The position numbers and the translations under genes were made by a program. A DNA stretch of 64,000 nucleotides from a virus (lineage: Duplodnaviria; Caudoviricetes), in IMG/VR virus record IMGVR_UViG_3300022660_000043. One strand, written 5' to 3'. Below are positions 46,871 through 57,251 of the stretch, piece by piece; the stretch's first letter is position 1, and the number at the start of each line of letters is the position of its first letter. Below the pieces are notes generated by a model. It was not told the origin of the DNA, did not search any database, and worked only from the letters and a program-made list of their open reading frames with translations.

Positions 46871-49723
46871 TTAGCTAGTATATATTTCGTGAGCTACACC
46901 ACAGCTAGGACACTCCCAGGTATCTCCCATTTGATAGCCATCTGCACCAGTGCCATGACTTACATGGTCTTTATAAGGACAAACATACAAAGGTATCATG
47001 CCATCGTTATAGTGTGTGCAGTAAACATAGTATTCTCGAGAGCCGACACATTCACAGTGCTCATCGTGATAGCACTCTATACAGTAATAAGTACCATCAG
47101 CTGCTTCATAAGCCGTTCCAGCAGGACTGATACCATTACCACAACCACAAAAATTACTAGTAGTAAGTATAGGCTTACCACAGTCTGCGCAGGATGTCCA
47201 GCTATCAGAGCAATTATCACATAGCTGTTTGCCATCTGAAGATTCAAAAACTGTACCACAGCAGAAGCAAGGAATCTCTGGAGGACTATCTGATATACAG
47301 CCACAATTAGCAGCAGCTTCCTCAGCTGACATATACCAACTATCGCAATTAGCATTTGAATCCCAGTATGCATGCGGATTAGCTCCACATATACATGTAG
47401 GTGCGTCATAATCATAGTGATTTTCAGGACCTTCTCTATCTATCTCATTACCAGCACCATCGTAAGTAACTTTATAGTGGCCTTGGGCATTAGCATATTC
47501 GTACTTAACAGTTTCAGTATTACAGGTATTGCATATACCGCCACCACCATGTACCCATTCTTCATACACAGTTAAGTGAGCACCACACCGAGAGCAATTA
47601 CTCATAGGATCTGCAGTAAGAGTACTGTTAGCGCAAGTATAACAATACCACTCCGTATTATCAGCATTTTCTCGTTCAAAACCTTCATCAATTACGTTGC
47701 CGCACACTACACAGTAAGTACAAGAAGGACACTTGTCATAATATTCTATACCATGTGTACCACACAAATTACTCTTATGGGCGTCACAACAATAATACTT
47801 TTGCTCTCCGCCATAATCAGTACTTTCAAAATTTCCTCTCTTTAAGCATCCTGGATAGCTACACGTATATGGTGCCTTAAGCATGTCGATAATTTCAGTA
47901 AGAGTATTTTCTAAAGCACTACTTGTAGCCGAACTTATGTTATTTCCATTTGTATAGTATCTAGCAGCTACTGCAATGCCTTTCATATAGTCACCAGGAG
48001 TTAGATTTGTCGTTTTTGAACGTGTTAGTGCAAGGTGACTAATAAGAGCATCATGTATTGACTTAATGCCTATTTTCTTATTACCTAGATCATCTTCAGG
48101 TAAAGAACCACATATATTTTCAGTTGCTGAAACTAATTCTCCCCATAGTTCTCTTAGGGTTGTATTACTAAAGTTTATTGAAGGTGCTTCATCGGTTTCA
48201 TCAGTTTCTACATGATAAATTACTGTATTTGAAACAACAGGATCTTTGACAATATCAACAGACTCATCTGTGCAATAAAACTTTACTGCTGCTTTATAAG
48301 AAGATCCGTCAACTATTTCTAATTCACTAGACTCCTCAGCACCAGAAGGAAGATTTTTAAGGTCAATTCCGGTAGTCAATAGACTATTAAAATAATTAAA
48401 GTCGTTTACAGTATCGCCGTTTCCATAATGATACCAAACTCCATTCTCATCTATATCCTCTGTATCTTTATATATATGTAAGTCTATCTCAAACAGGTCA
48501 CTACCATTTGCATCTGCTGTACCGGTTAATATGAGATCATCACTCAAAGAAAGAGTAACTATTGGTTCTGAGGTATCAGCTGATCCTAGGTTAGCTGTAA
48601 ATGTAGTACTGCAACCCCATCCGCCGTCACCAATATCTGGTACGACCAAATCAATATATACAGTGCATTCTCCACCACCAATTTCCTCTACTGCTGATGT
48701 AATATCTAGGCCAGCAGCTAAGGCAGAAACTAAGCTAGAGCCTGAAGAACCCCTAGGATAAATATCTGCAGTATCATCATTAGCATTCTCACAATAGCAG
48801 TCCCCAGTCGTTATATTTTCGATAGAATATGTGCCAGTGATTAAAGTGCCGTATACAACAATTTTATCATCATTTGTAGTTGTTACAGCCAAATCAGAAC
48901 AAAATGGTTCAACACAATTTGCTTGATAAATAGTTACTATACAGTCTTGAGTTTCAGATATTGCAACACCATTATAAGACCATGTACCTGTAAGTAAATC
49001 ACCTTCAAGAGTACTGCCTTCGTCAAATTCAACTTTATAGCCATAGCCATTAGTATATCTATCAGAGTCATTGTCATAGTAATAAGATTTTGGAGTAAGA
49101 ATACCTTTTTCTCCATTAACATAATAAGTGGTTCCAAGTTGTAAAAATGAATGATTATTATGCCAGTTACCAAAACCGCTATTTTCTTTAGCTAGTAGCT
49201 CGTAAAAAGAATGTTCTATTATTTGTTTATAGCGAAAAGAGTCAGTATCATTTGTATATGCTAAAATATATTTAGCATCGTCTTTGAGCTCATCAGGGAT
49301 ATAAGTAGTGTCATCCCCATCATTTATAGACTCATAATACATTTGAATAGTAATATCATGATCTCTTACTTCATCCTCAAGGTCTATCCGACAGCTACTG
49401 TTCATATACCAGTCAGAAAAATCAAGATCAACAGTTACTATATAATTATTAGAGTTGTCGGACTCATATGGAGAGTCGGGAGTAAATTCAGTTTGATAGG
49501 AAGCACTACTCCAAGAGCCATCATCAAATGCAATTGAGTCTATTTCGATAATTTTCTCCATTGGGTAGCCATTAGGAGAACTAAACTCTAGATATAGTTT
49601 ATTACCTTGAATATTAGTATCTTGCATATCATCACTCAAGGTTTCTGCATCAAAACTTATAGAATTTATATCGCCCGCTTGATAGTTTGATGTATTATAA
49701 TAAAATAGCTGTTTATGTGCCAT
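46871..49723 (-). CDS. Large acidic protein with C-terminal CxxC array (putative virion/tail accessory)
   Basis: 950 aa, D/E/Y-rich, more than 10 CxxC-type pairs in the last third. Confidence 0.6.
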   Translation of the reverse strand: MAHKQLFYYNTSNYQAGDINSISFDAETLSDDMQDTNIQGNKLYLEFSSPNGYPMEKIIEIDSIAFDDGSWSSASYQTEFTPDSPYESDNSNNYIVTVDLDFSDWYMNSSCRIDLEDEVRDHDITIQMYYESINDGDDTTYIPDELKDDAKYILAYTNDTDSFRYKQIIEHSFYELLAKENSGFGNWHNNHSFLQLGTTYYVNGEKGILTPKSYYYDNDSDRYTNGYGYKVEFDEGSTLEGDLLTGTWSYNGVAISETQDCIVTIYQANCVEPFCSDLAVTTTNDDKIVVYGTLITGTYSIENITTGDCYCENANDDTADIYPRGSSGSSLVSALAAGLDITSAVEEIGGGECTVYIDLVVPDIGDGGWGCSTTFTANLGSADTSEPIVTLSLSDDLILTGTADANGSDLFEIDLHIYKDTEDIDENGVWYHYGNGDTVNDFNYFNSLLTTGIDLKNLPSGAEESSELEIVDGSSYKAAVKFYCTDESVDIVKDPVVSNTVIYHVETDETDEAPSINFSNTTLRELWGELVSATENICGSLPEDDLGNKKIGIKSIHDALISHLALTRSKTTNLTPGDYMKGIAVAARYYTNGNNISSATSSALENTLTEIIDMLKAPYTCSYPGCLKRGNFESTDYGGEQKYYCCDAHKSNLCGTHGIEYYDKCPSCTYCVVCGNVIDEGFERENADNTEWYCYTCANSTLTADPMSNCSRCGAHLTVYEEWVHGGGGICNTCNTETVKYEYANAQGHYKVTYDGAGNEIDREGPENHYDYDAPTCICGANPHAYWDSNANCDSWYMSAEEAAANCGCISDSPPEIPCFCCGTVFESSDGKQLCDNCSDSWTSCADCGKPILTTSNFCGCGNGISPAGTAYEAADGTYYCIECYHDEHCECVGSREYYVYCTHYNDGMIPLYVCPYKDHVSHGTGADGYQMGDTWECPSCGVAHEIYTS

Positions 49724-49775
49724 ATTACTTATTCCTCCAATCTATATAAAATAATGTAGTCATAAGTAACTTCCT

Positions 49776-50207
49776 TTACCAAGTACCTGTTAATAATACT
49801 GATTCTAAGTATGCTTTAGTTACTACACTGTTACTCTCAGAGAAAGATTCAGAAGTTATAGTAATATTAGAGGCCCTTATATCTCCACCGACTGTAAGAT
49901 CGTAACCGCTTTCGATAGTGACATCCTGGCTTATGGAACTTAAATCAATATCAGTGCCACCTCCAGAAGTAGTGGCGCCACCAGCCCATGGTAAGTTTGC
50001 AAGAGTAGTAGTTCCATCGCCAACCTTAAGTTTACGATAACCATTCTCTGCGGGATATACATATACTTCACTCATTTTTGGAATACAAGTAGATTCATCT
50101 ACAGACTCATTAGTAATTTTATCTGTAAGAGTATATACAGTTCCATCATAAGTACCGTCTAAAAGTCTATATGGAACATTTAATTTAGTAAACTACTGCA
50201 TTGCCAT
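49776..50207 (-). CDS. Mtd_N-like tail adaptor with an in-frame TAG at codon 5
   Basis: AAGGAG then ATG 50207 (MAMQ*FTKLNVPY...), in frame with ORF 49776-50075; KLKVGDGTT..LPW; ends LLTGTW. Confidence 0.65.
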
Positions 50208-50255
50208 TTAAGTAAGTTCTCCTTTATAAAGAATTATTTTTCACATAATTTAGCA

Positions 50256-50302
50256 AATATTCAAGCTTGACTTTAGTTAGCTTTGGTCAAGCTTGAATAT
50301 TT
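50256..50302 (-). terminator. Inverted repeat/terminator
   Basis: aatattcaagcttgac...gtcaagcttgaatatt. Confidence 0.75.
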
Positions 50303-50307
50303 TAGTA

Positions 50308-50826
50308 TCACCATTGAGTGCTTAAGAGTTTGTTATTTACATAAGATTCTACTAAAGAATCTAGTTTGCTAGTCAAATCTTCTTCAACCCTGCCTAACTC
50401 TTGCTCAAAATAGCTCTTATTTATTGCGTGTGTATCAGCCTCTGGTGCAGCCATAATTGATACATAATCTGCAGTTAAACTAGTGCCTGCTAGTTCTCCA
50501 AAGCTTAACGCTCCATTAATGTTTAAATCTCCTCCAACAGTCAGATCACACCCTTCGGCAATAGTGACATCTTGAGTAATATTGGAAAAGTCTATTGATA
50601 CATTATTATCAGAAGAAAAGCCTACAAAAGGCAAAGCTTTTATTGGAGTAGTACTTCCATCGCCAATTTTTAGTCTAACCTGGTCTATACCTTCATCATT
50701 GGTTGTATGATATACTGCAAATTCACCTAAACCAAGTGTTTGATTTTCAAAGTCCTCAATGCTATTATAGTCTAGTGTTAATTTTCTTCCATAATAATTT
50801 ATTAAGTAACAAGTCATTGCAATCAA
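50308..50826 (-). CDS. Mtd_N-like tail adaptor protein
   Basis: LGEF....RLKIGDG...LPF; QDVTI..DLTVGGD; ends LLSTQW. Confidence 0.65.
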   Translation of the reverse strand: MIAMTCYLINYYGRKLTLDYNSIEDFENQTLGLGEFAVYHTTNDEGIDQVRLKIGDGSTTPIKALPFVGFSSDNNVSIDFSNITQDVTIAEGCDLTVGGDLNINGALSFGELAGTSLTADYVSIMAAPEADTHAINKSYFEQELGRVEEDLTSKLDSLVESYVNNKLLSTQW

Positions 50827-50831
50827 TCTCC

Positions 50832-52373
50832 TTAGAGTAACGTAATTGTTGTAGCTGAACTTGGTACTCTGACATATCTACATCTAGTAGAACTGCCTAC
50901 CATACCTGTAGTGGTAGCTACACTAGAAGTTACGCTAGTACTTCCATAATGACAGAATAGAATTAATGTAGATCCTACAGGACAGTAATACTGGGATAAC
51001 GGATTACTCTCGGTAGCAGAGGTAGAAACTGTTAGTATATTAGTTGAAGGTATGACTCCATTAGCTATAGAAAAACTTGTGGATGCGCTAGTAGATAAGT
51101 ATCCGAGTACTTGATATGAGTAGCTCGTTCTATTTACAAATTTTACATTTACTGTATTTGGGTAGTAAGCATTAATTGGGTAATAAGCTAGAAGGCCTCC
51201 TGTATTTAAAGAAATTTCATCTGTGAAATAAGAAGTGCCTTCAATATAACCAGAATCTATAGCTATCTCTGACTCTCCAACAGTGACTGTGCCTCCAGAG
51301 GTTGATACTTGCACATAAGCACCAGAGGTTGGTTTAGTAGTTGTTTTTGAACCTAAGGTTACATATTTACCAGTGGCCATAACCGTCCCTGCTGAAGTAC
51401 TATTAGTTCCTTGAGTGATAGTAGGAGTGACAATAGGAATATCGGTCTCTAAATTTCCAGATAGCTGATAGGTATCTATCCAACCATAATTTTGAAATTC
51501 AGCTGAAACTCCTAGTGTTAAAGTGCCATCAGTATCTTGTATTCCATCATATACAAATGAATCAATAGAAGCATTAGGTAGCTCTTTAGTGGTGGTCTGT
51601 ATTATAGTATCAGCAACCTCTGGTTCTACAATTTTAAACTGTACGGAATCATTGTTGCTATCAACGCTGATATCTTTTCTAAATTTTACATAGATAAAAT
51701 GTGATCCTACTGTTACACTTGAGTAAGTTACGTCAACTTCTGAGGCAGACTGTAAACCACTAAACGACTTATAAATGCTTGCGTCCCCACTAATATCAGT
51801 ATCGAAGCTAGTTGATATTGCAGTATCTATGTTGCCAAATACAGCGTAGTCATAACTAGATTCTGCATAATTTATTACTTTAAAGGTAATATCACAGGCA
51901 GTGGTTACTTCAAAGTTTACTCTACATACTGCTGCTGATTCATGCTCACCATCATCGGGCGCGCCGTTTTGTGACTCCCAATATCCGGCATCATTAAGAG
52001 CAAAACCATAATCGGCGCCATCGGCTTGGGCAATAATAGTATAAGTAAAGCTAGGATTACCACCCGCAATATAACCACAAGATTGTGTAGTAGTAGCTGT
52101 AACAACACCAGCATCAGAGACTGAAATTGCAGGTGAGGCTAAATCTACTTTAATAGCGTCTAAGTCATATAGCCATTCAAGATTACTAAAAGTAGAAACG
52201 CCATCACCAATTTTTATTTTTATAGCGTCTTCTAGATTACCAGTTGTAGTATGCACGACACATACACCTTCTCCAAGTATCTCAGAGTCTGATGGAAGTG
52301 CTTCATCTGTTGCTAAGTCTTGGATAATTATATATTTTCTATTATATTTTTTAAAGTGTGTTGAAGTACTCAT
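50832..52373 (-). CDS. Tail fibre-like protein with Mtd_N-like N-terminus
   Basis: KIKIGDGVSTFSNL; beta-rich domain SSYDY..F...GSHFIYVKFRKD.S..NND. Confidence 0.6.
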   Translation of the reverse strand: MSTSTHFKKYNRKYIIIQDLATDEALPSDSEILGEGVCVVHTTTGNLEDAIKIKIGDGVSTFSNLEWLYDLDAIKVDLASPAISVSDAGVVTATTTQSCGYIAGGNPSFTYTIIAQADGADYGFALNDAGYWESQNGAPDDGEHESAAVCRVNFEVTTACDITFKVINYAESSYDYAVFGNIDTAISTSFDTDISGDASIYKSFSGLQSASEVDVTYSSVTVGSHFIYVKFRKDISVDSNNDSVQFKIVEPEVADTIIQTTTKELPNASIDSFVYDGIQDTDGTLTLGVSAEFQNYGWIDTYQLSGNLETDIPIVTPTITQGTNSTSAGTVMATGKYVTLGSKTTTKPTSGAYVQVSTSGGTVTVGESEIAIDSGYIEGTSYFTDEISLNTGGLLAYYPINAYYPNTVNVKFVNRTSYSYQVLGYLSTSASTSFSIANGVIPSTNILTVSTSATESNPLSQYYCPVGSTLILFCHYGSTSVTSSVATTTGMVGSSTRCRYVRVPSSATTITLL

Positions 52374-52385
52374 TTATTTTCTCCT

Positions 52386-52826
52386 TTAATAAGATTCTTC
52401 GGTATCAAGTTTAAATAAAAATCCACGTGCAATATTTTTAGCATAAGCTTTTCTTATTGCTGTAATATCTTTAAAAATATCTAGGCTATCTAAGTTTTCT
52501 ATTAAAACTTGGCTATTAACAAATTTATAAGATTTTATTAATTTGCCTTCATAGTAGCACATGCAAAAATTACAAAAAGTCATTAGATGCTCAATATTAT
52601 CAAATTGTTCCTTAGTTACAACCTTGCAGTCTACTTTTAATCTATACTTGTGCGCATTCTTGAGCAGCGCCCAAGCAATATCAGTGCTATAAGTACAGCA
52701 GTCAATATCATTCCAATAAGGATACCACAAGTAGGATCCAGTAATTTTAACTTTCGTCTTGTCTATGCCCCGTAACAATAAATCAGCTTCTTCAAAAGAT
52801 TCACGTAATTGAATAAAATCGGGCAT
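52386..52826 (-). CDS. Hypothetical protein (weak YoaP/thioredoxin-like pattern)
   Basis: TKEQ....F...YYEGKLI; weak. Confidence 0.45.
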   Translation of the reverse strand: MPDFIQLRESFEEADLLLRGIDKTKVKITGSYLWYPYWNDIDCCTYSTDIAWALLKNAHKYRLKVDCKVVTKEQFDNIEHLMTFCNFCMCYYEGKLIKSYKFVNSQVLIENLDSLDIFKDITAIRKAYAKNIARGFLFKLDTEESY

Positions 52827-52828
52827 TT

Positions 52829-53551
52829 TTATTTATTTTCCTCCATTATCCAGCATTTTTGCTTATTTAAAGAGTACTTTTTACTCGGCATATATAAGGT
52901 ACTATCATCTATTGGATAATATCCAAACTTTTCAGCTACGTGCCTATCTCCCTTAATCAGTATTGAAAAGTCTTGCATAATACCATCATTAAATTTTTTC
53001 ATAAGAGGTGCTTTAACTAATCTGCCAGTGTTATCTAAGCAAAACAAAGTTTCTTTAGGCATTCTAGCTAAGTTATCAGTTTTTATTGAATGAAAAGTAG
53101 TTACAATCCATTTCTGTAATGCATTATGCCACTTTAAGTGAAAGACATAAGAGTTGCCCCAAGCAAGACTTGGACAGTAACCATTGGCAAATAAAAATTT
53201 TTCTTCAATTAGTAGACATATAGGACGCTCATTATTTTTTTTCGGTAAGTCAATTTCAATTAAAGCTTCTGCCAGAGGATCTGTTATAAAAGGCTCGCTA
53301 TGTAAATAGATACAAATTATAGAGTCCATGCAACTTTCTAGATCATAAAATCCTCGAATAATATACCTACTATTCTCTGAAACTTTTAGATGCCAAATAG
53401 GCATAGTTTTATTAATCGACCCAAGCCAAGTATCCGGCGTTATTAGCTTTGGAAGCTTATCTGCATCATTATAAATATTTAACGGATTAGGTCTTAAGTT
53501 TGAATTGTTTAATGGACTTGGATCAACAGACAATAAATTCAATAATATCAC
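52829..53551 (-). CDS. Hypothetical protein
   Basis: 240 aa ORF, GTG start with GAGG. Confidence 0.65.
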   Translation of the reverse strand: MILLNLLSVDPSPLNNSNLRPNPLNIYNDADKLPKLITPDTWLGSINKTMPIWHLKVSENSRYIIRGFYDLESCMDSIICIYLHSEPFITDPLAEALIEIDLPKKNNERPICLLIEEKFLFANGYCPSLAWGNSYVFHLKWHNALQKWIVTTFHSIKTDNLARMPKETLFCLDNTGRLVKAPLMKKFNDGIMQDFSILIKGDRHVAEKFGYYPIDDSTLYMPSKKYSLNKQKCWIMEENK

Positions 53552-53558
53552 CTCTCGG

Positions 53559-53600
53559 ATATTTGAGTATTGTCTGCTTTTATACAGACAATACTCAAAA
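53559..53600 (-). terminator. Inverted repeat/terminator
   Basis: tttgagtattgtctg...cagacaatactcaaa. Confidence 0.7.
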
Positions 53601-53612
53601 TAGTAGTTTAAA

Positions 53613-56600
53613 TTAGCTTACAGCAAAACGGTTTGATTCATCAAAGTCATCCCATTCGCCACCACAGCCATCACAATACCAGTGTCCGGACTCGTTGTCA
53701 TAAGTAGCATCCCAACCACCAGGTTGTCCACAACCATGAGTATAGTTACCACACTGGTCACAGATAAATGGTAGCTTAATATTTGCTTCATTGTACTGAC
53801 ATTCTACAAACGGGCAGGTACGATAATCGTTACAGCTGGGGCAACGGTAGTAAGATGTAGCATCATAATAAGAGTCACAATTACTACAATAAGCATCACC
53901 TGTGCCTCCACCTCCGCCACCAGTTCCTGTAGAATGAAGAGTTATATCAGCTCCGCACCCTGGACAAGTAAAGTAATATTCACCAGCTGACGCATAGTAA
54001 TAATAAGTATCACCACCATTGCAGCTATGTGTGGTTTTATTTGTAGATGCAGAATAACCATCTGCAAATCCAGAAGTTAAATCGCCTCCATCATAGCAAT
54101 AGTAATACTGGTCTCCTGATGAGCCACTGCTTCCGCTGCCTCCACCTGAGTTACTAGGATGGCCTCCTGCCTCTTCATGCTTAGCGAAACAGCTCATACA
54201 AAGATACGTACAGCAACTATACGCATCATATTCATAATTATCAGTAAGTGTTGTTCCGCAATAAGAGCAGTAAAGTGTGCTATTATTTGATGTTACATAA
54301 CTAGCCCCAGTCTCCACCATGTCTCCACCAAAGACAGTGGTATCATCATAATAAAGTTGCGCTCCTTGATAATACACTACTTCATCGGAAGCATCTGGTG
54401 CCATTGTAGTCCACATCCAAGTAATATCAGGTGGTGGATTTCCGTAATCTTCAGTAATATCATAGTAGTAATCGGCATTAAAGTTAACGGTAACTTCTTC
54501 ATTATTAATATCTACTGTACATGTTGTAGTATAAGTACCACCAGCTACAATCGTATCAGTACTGGGATCTACTTTATCATTACCCTTAAAGAGTGGTTTT
54601 CCATTATAGACAACAATTGATTCATCTACAACTTCAAAGCCACTAGCGCTTATCAGGTCATTACTATCATACCAGGTTAGGCTAGGATAATATGTCAGCT
54701 CTACAGTGTCACCATTTACATAAATGTCGCCAGTGGTATGTTGTAGTATTGTGTTGTCAGTATTAATAATAATTTCTTCTCCACATAAAGGACAGCTTTC
54801 GTAAGCATAATCAGACCCTTCTGCGGAGCAATATAGGGTCTCTTTACAATGAGGACAGCTGGTAGTAGTATAACCAACTCCAGATATTGGTTCAGCAGTC
54901 CAAGCAGGATCGGAATCATAGTAATAATACCTTGTTTCCTCGACGGCATCATAGCTTCTTCCTGAAACTATAGCGTCAGTAGCGCTAATCCTAGTACCTT
55001 GATAATACAGTGGCTTATTTTCATAAGTTATATAATCATTTTCATCCATCGCTACTCCAGGAGTACCTGTTGCATATTCCCATGTATATACTCCATTTAC
55101 AAGTTCACTTACTTTTAATGTGATCCAATTTTCATTAATCATAACCTCTCTTGCATAAACACAGGTATATACATCACCATTTGCTATAGAAGTGCTTTGT
55201 CCTACTATTTCATCACCTTTCCACAAGTTAACGCCTTTATAAAGGAAATGATCTTCATCTCCCAAAATCAAGTCTTCTGGATATCCAGATTCAACAAACT
55301 CCCAAACATCTTCTCCGCCACCGCCGTCAATATCTTCTGTGAGAGCTCTAACTGTAATATCTTCTTGATCACCACTCACAGTTTCGATAGTAATGTTATA
55401 ATAGCGATACTCTTCAGTGTCAGTCGAGTCCGCTTCAGTGACTTTAAATGTATAGCCAGAATCTGTATAATTGCTCTGAATTTCTATATAATAAGTACTA
55501 TCAGAAGCAGCATCAAACGTAAATGATATCTCTTGATTATCATCACTAGTGCCTGATTCAATAGCCGTGCTAAGATTTTCCGAGTTATATACCCTAACTT
55601 CTATATCTTCACATTCGCTACACTCAAATCTATAAGTACCTTCTGTCTCCGGAGTAAATGAAAACCAAGCGCTTTCAATGCCAGCTCTTATGGTGGCATC
55701 AGTAGCTAGGGTTAGACTGTAGGGATAATCTGAGTTAGAACCTTTATAAATTCTATCCTCCGGATCATCATAGCCGCCACGTATAAAGTTGATCGGTTTA
55801 TTACAATACTTACAGATAGCTGCCTCATCATAATCACCATCTGCATAGTACTTAATTTCATCCGAACACCAAGGGCATTGTTCTATATTATAGTCTTCTT
55901 CACTGTAATCCTCAGAAACTGTGGTAGTCCAAGTACCATCTGTCCAGTACCAAGTAATATCTCCGATAGTGATACTAAGTATGCCTTCAGGCATAGTAGC
56001 AAGAGTAAATTTACTAGGGTTTCCAGATTTTGTTCTAATAACTTCAGCCAACTTTGTCATACAAGAATCAAAATCTTCTTGATCATAGCTAGAATTATCT
56101 GTTGTGCCTGTATTTAGAGCATTTAGTGCCTCAATCATGCCTACTATAGTAAGTTTATTTGTGCTATCTAAGGAAGCTTTTGTTCTTACAGCATCAGCCA
56201 AAGCTGTAAATAAAGAATTTAACGTCTGAGCTTCTACTAAACTAAAACCATCAGCTGTTTTAATAAAGCTATTAGATTCAGATGTGTATTCATTCTCTGC
56301 GCTATCGTCCCACCAACGGCCAATAGCATAATAAGTATGTCCTTCAACCCATTCAAAACCGTCAGCACCAGCTACGTCTAAATTGAAAGTTAGACTTGTA
56401 TCAGCTCCAGTTGAATAAACTGTTTCTCCAGCTGTTACATCATAAATATGAAATCCTGTCTCACCAGAAGAATCTGATAGAGTTAATATCGGGTCTCCAG
56501 CAGAATTAATTGCTACAGAACAAGTATAACCAGGATTCCAACCACCAGCTGAACCATCATCTTCAGTAATAGTATATCCATCTACAATAATAGCTGCTCC

Positions 56601-57233
56601 ACAATCACCATACGGGCAACTTGTAACTGTTGTTAGAATACTTGCATTCATGTAAAGCATACGACCACAACTAGGACACGAATCGCTATCCAAACCACTT
56701 ACATTATAATTATAAGCTTCATACCATGCAAGATCAACAGCATCGAAGTAATAAACACTATAAGATGTACCATAAGTAACTGAATCAGTTATTGTATCAG
56801 TTCCATATACGAGGTCGCCATATGAAGTATATAAGGGAGATCCTTCCCAGCCCATATAAGTGCTTTCCTCACTTGTAATTGTGCATAAGTAATCTGGAGG
56901 CGCTGGACAATCATCCGCTATCATCAGATGATCCTCACACCAAGTTAGCCAGTTTTCACCTATCGGAGCTGAATATGAAGTACCTTCAATACTTATGGTA
57001 CCATAAGTAGGGGATTCATCGAAAGCCGATCCAGTTTCATAAGTAGCAGCAAATATTTCATCTGTTATTGATACAGCAGTACCATCATATAATAATAAGC
57101 AATCTTCATAGAAAACATTACCCTCAAAAGAATAAAAACCTGCACTAGATCCGTCTCCATCTATAAAGCTTCCCCAAGTTGTACTTTCTTCTACTTGATA
57201 AGTTTCTTCATTATTTATTGAGAATTCAATCAT
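53613..57233 (-). CDS. Large acidic multidomain protein with Zn-ribbon pairs, ~55-aa repeats and a PPC-like domain
   Basis: 1206 aa; LFTALADAVRTK and LAEVIRTK helices typical of phage tail accessory proteins; WFSFTP..GTY.F...YYI PPC-like domain; many CxxC. Confidence 0.65.
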   Translation of the reverse strand: MIEFSINNEETYQVEESTTWGSFIDGDGSSAGFYSFEGNVFYEDCLLLYDGTAVSITDEIFAATYETGSAFDESPTYGTISIEGTSYSAPIGENWLTWCEDHLMIADDCPAPPDYLCTITSEESTYMGWEGSPLYTSYGDLVYGTDTITDSVTYGTSYSVYYFDAVDLAWYEAYNYNVSGLDSDSCPSCGRMLYMNASILTTVTSCPYGDCGAAIIVDGYTITEDDGSAGGWNPGYTCSVAINSAGDPILTLSDSSGETGFHIYDVTAGETVYSTGADTSLTFNLDVAGADGFEWVEGHTYYAIGRWWDDSAENEYTSESNSFIKTADGFSLVEAQTLNSLFTALADAVRTKASLDSTNKLTIVGMIEALNALNTGTTDNSSYDQEDFDSCMTKLAEVIRTKSGNPSKFTLATMPEGILSITIGDITWYWTDGTWTTTVSEDYSEEDYNIEQCPWCSDEIKYYADGDYDEAAICKYCNKPINFIRGGYDDPEDRIYKGSNSDYPYSLTLATDATIRAGIESAWFSFTPETEGTYRFECSECEDIEVRVYNSENLSTAIESGTSDDNQEISFTFDAASDSTYYIEIQSNYTDSGYTFKVTEADSTDTEEYRYYNITIETVSGDQEDITVRALTEDIDGGGGEDVWEFVESGYPEDLILGDEDHFLYKGVNLWKGDEIVGQSTSIANGDVYTCVYAREVMINENWITLKVSELVNGVYTWEYATGTPGVAMDENDYITYENKPLYYQGTRISATDAIVSGRSYDAVEETRYYYYDSDPAWTAEPISGVGYTTTSCPHCKETLYCSAEGSDYAYESCPLCGEEIIINTDNTILQHTTGDIYVNGDTVELTYYPSLTWYDSNDLISASGFEVVDESIVVYNGKPLFKGNDKVDPSTDTIVAGGTYTTTCTVDINNEEVTVNFNADYYYDITEDYGNPPPDITWMWTTMAPDASDEVVYYQGAQLYYDDTTVFGGDMVETGASYVTSNNSTLYCSYCGTTLTDNYEYDAYSCCTYLCMSCFAKHEEAGGHPSNSGGGSGSSGSSGDQYYYCYDGGDLTSGFADGYSASTNKTTHSCNGGDTYYYYASAGEYYFTCPGCGADITLHSTGTGGGGGGTGDAYCSNCDSYYDATSYYRCPSCNDYRTCPFVECQYNEANIKLPFICDQCGNYTHGCGQPGGWDATYDNESGHWYCDGCGGEWDDFDESNRFAVS

Positions 57234-57251
57234 TTCTTATCCTCCTCATTA

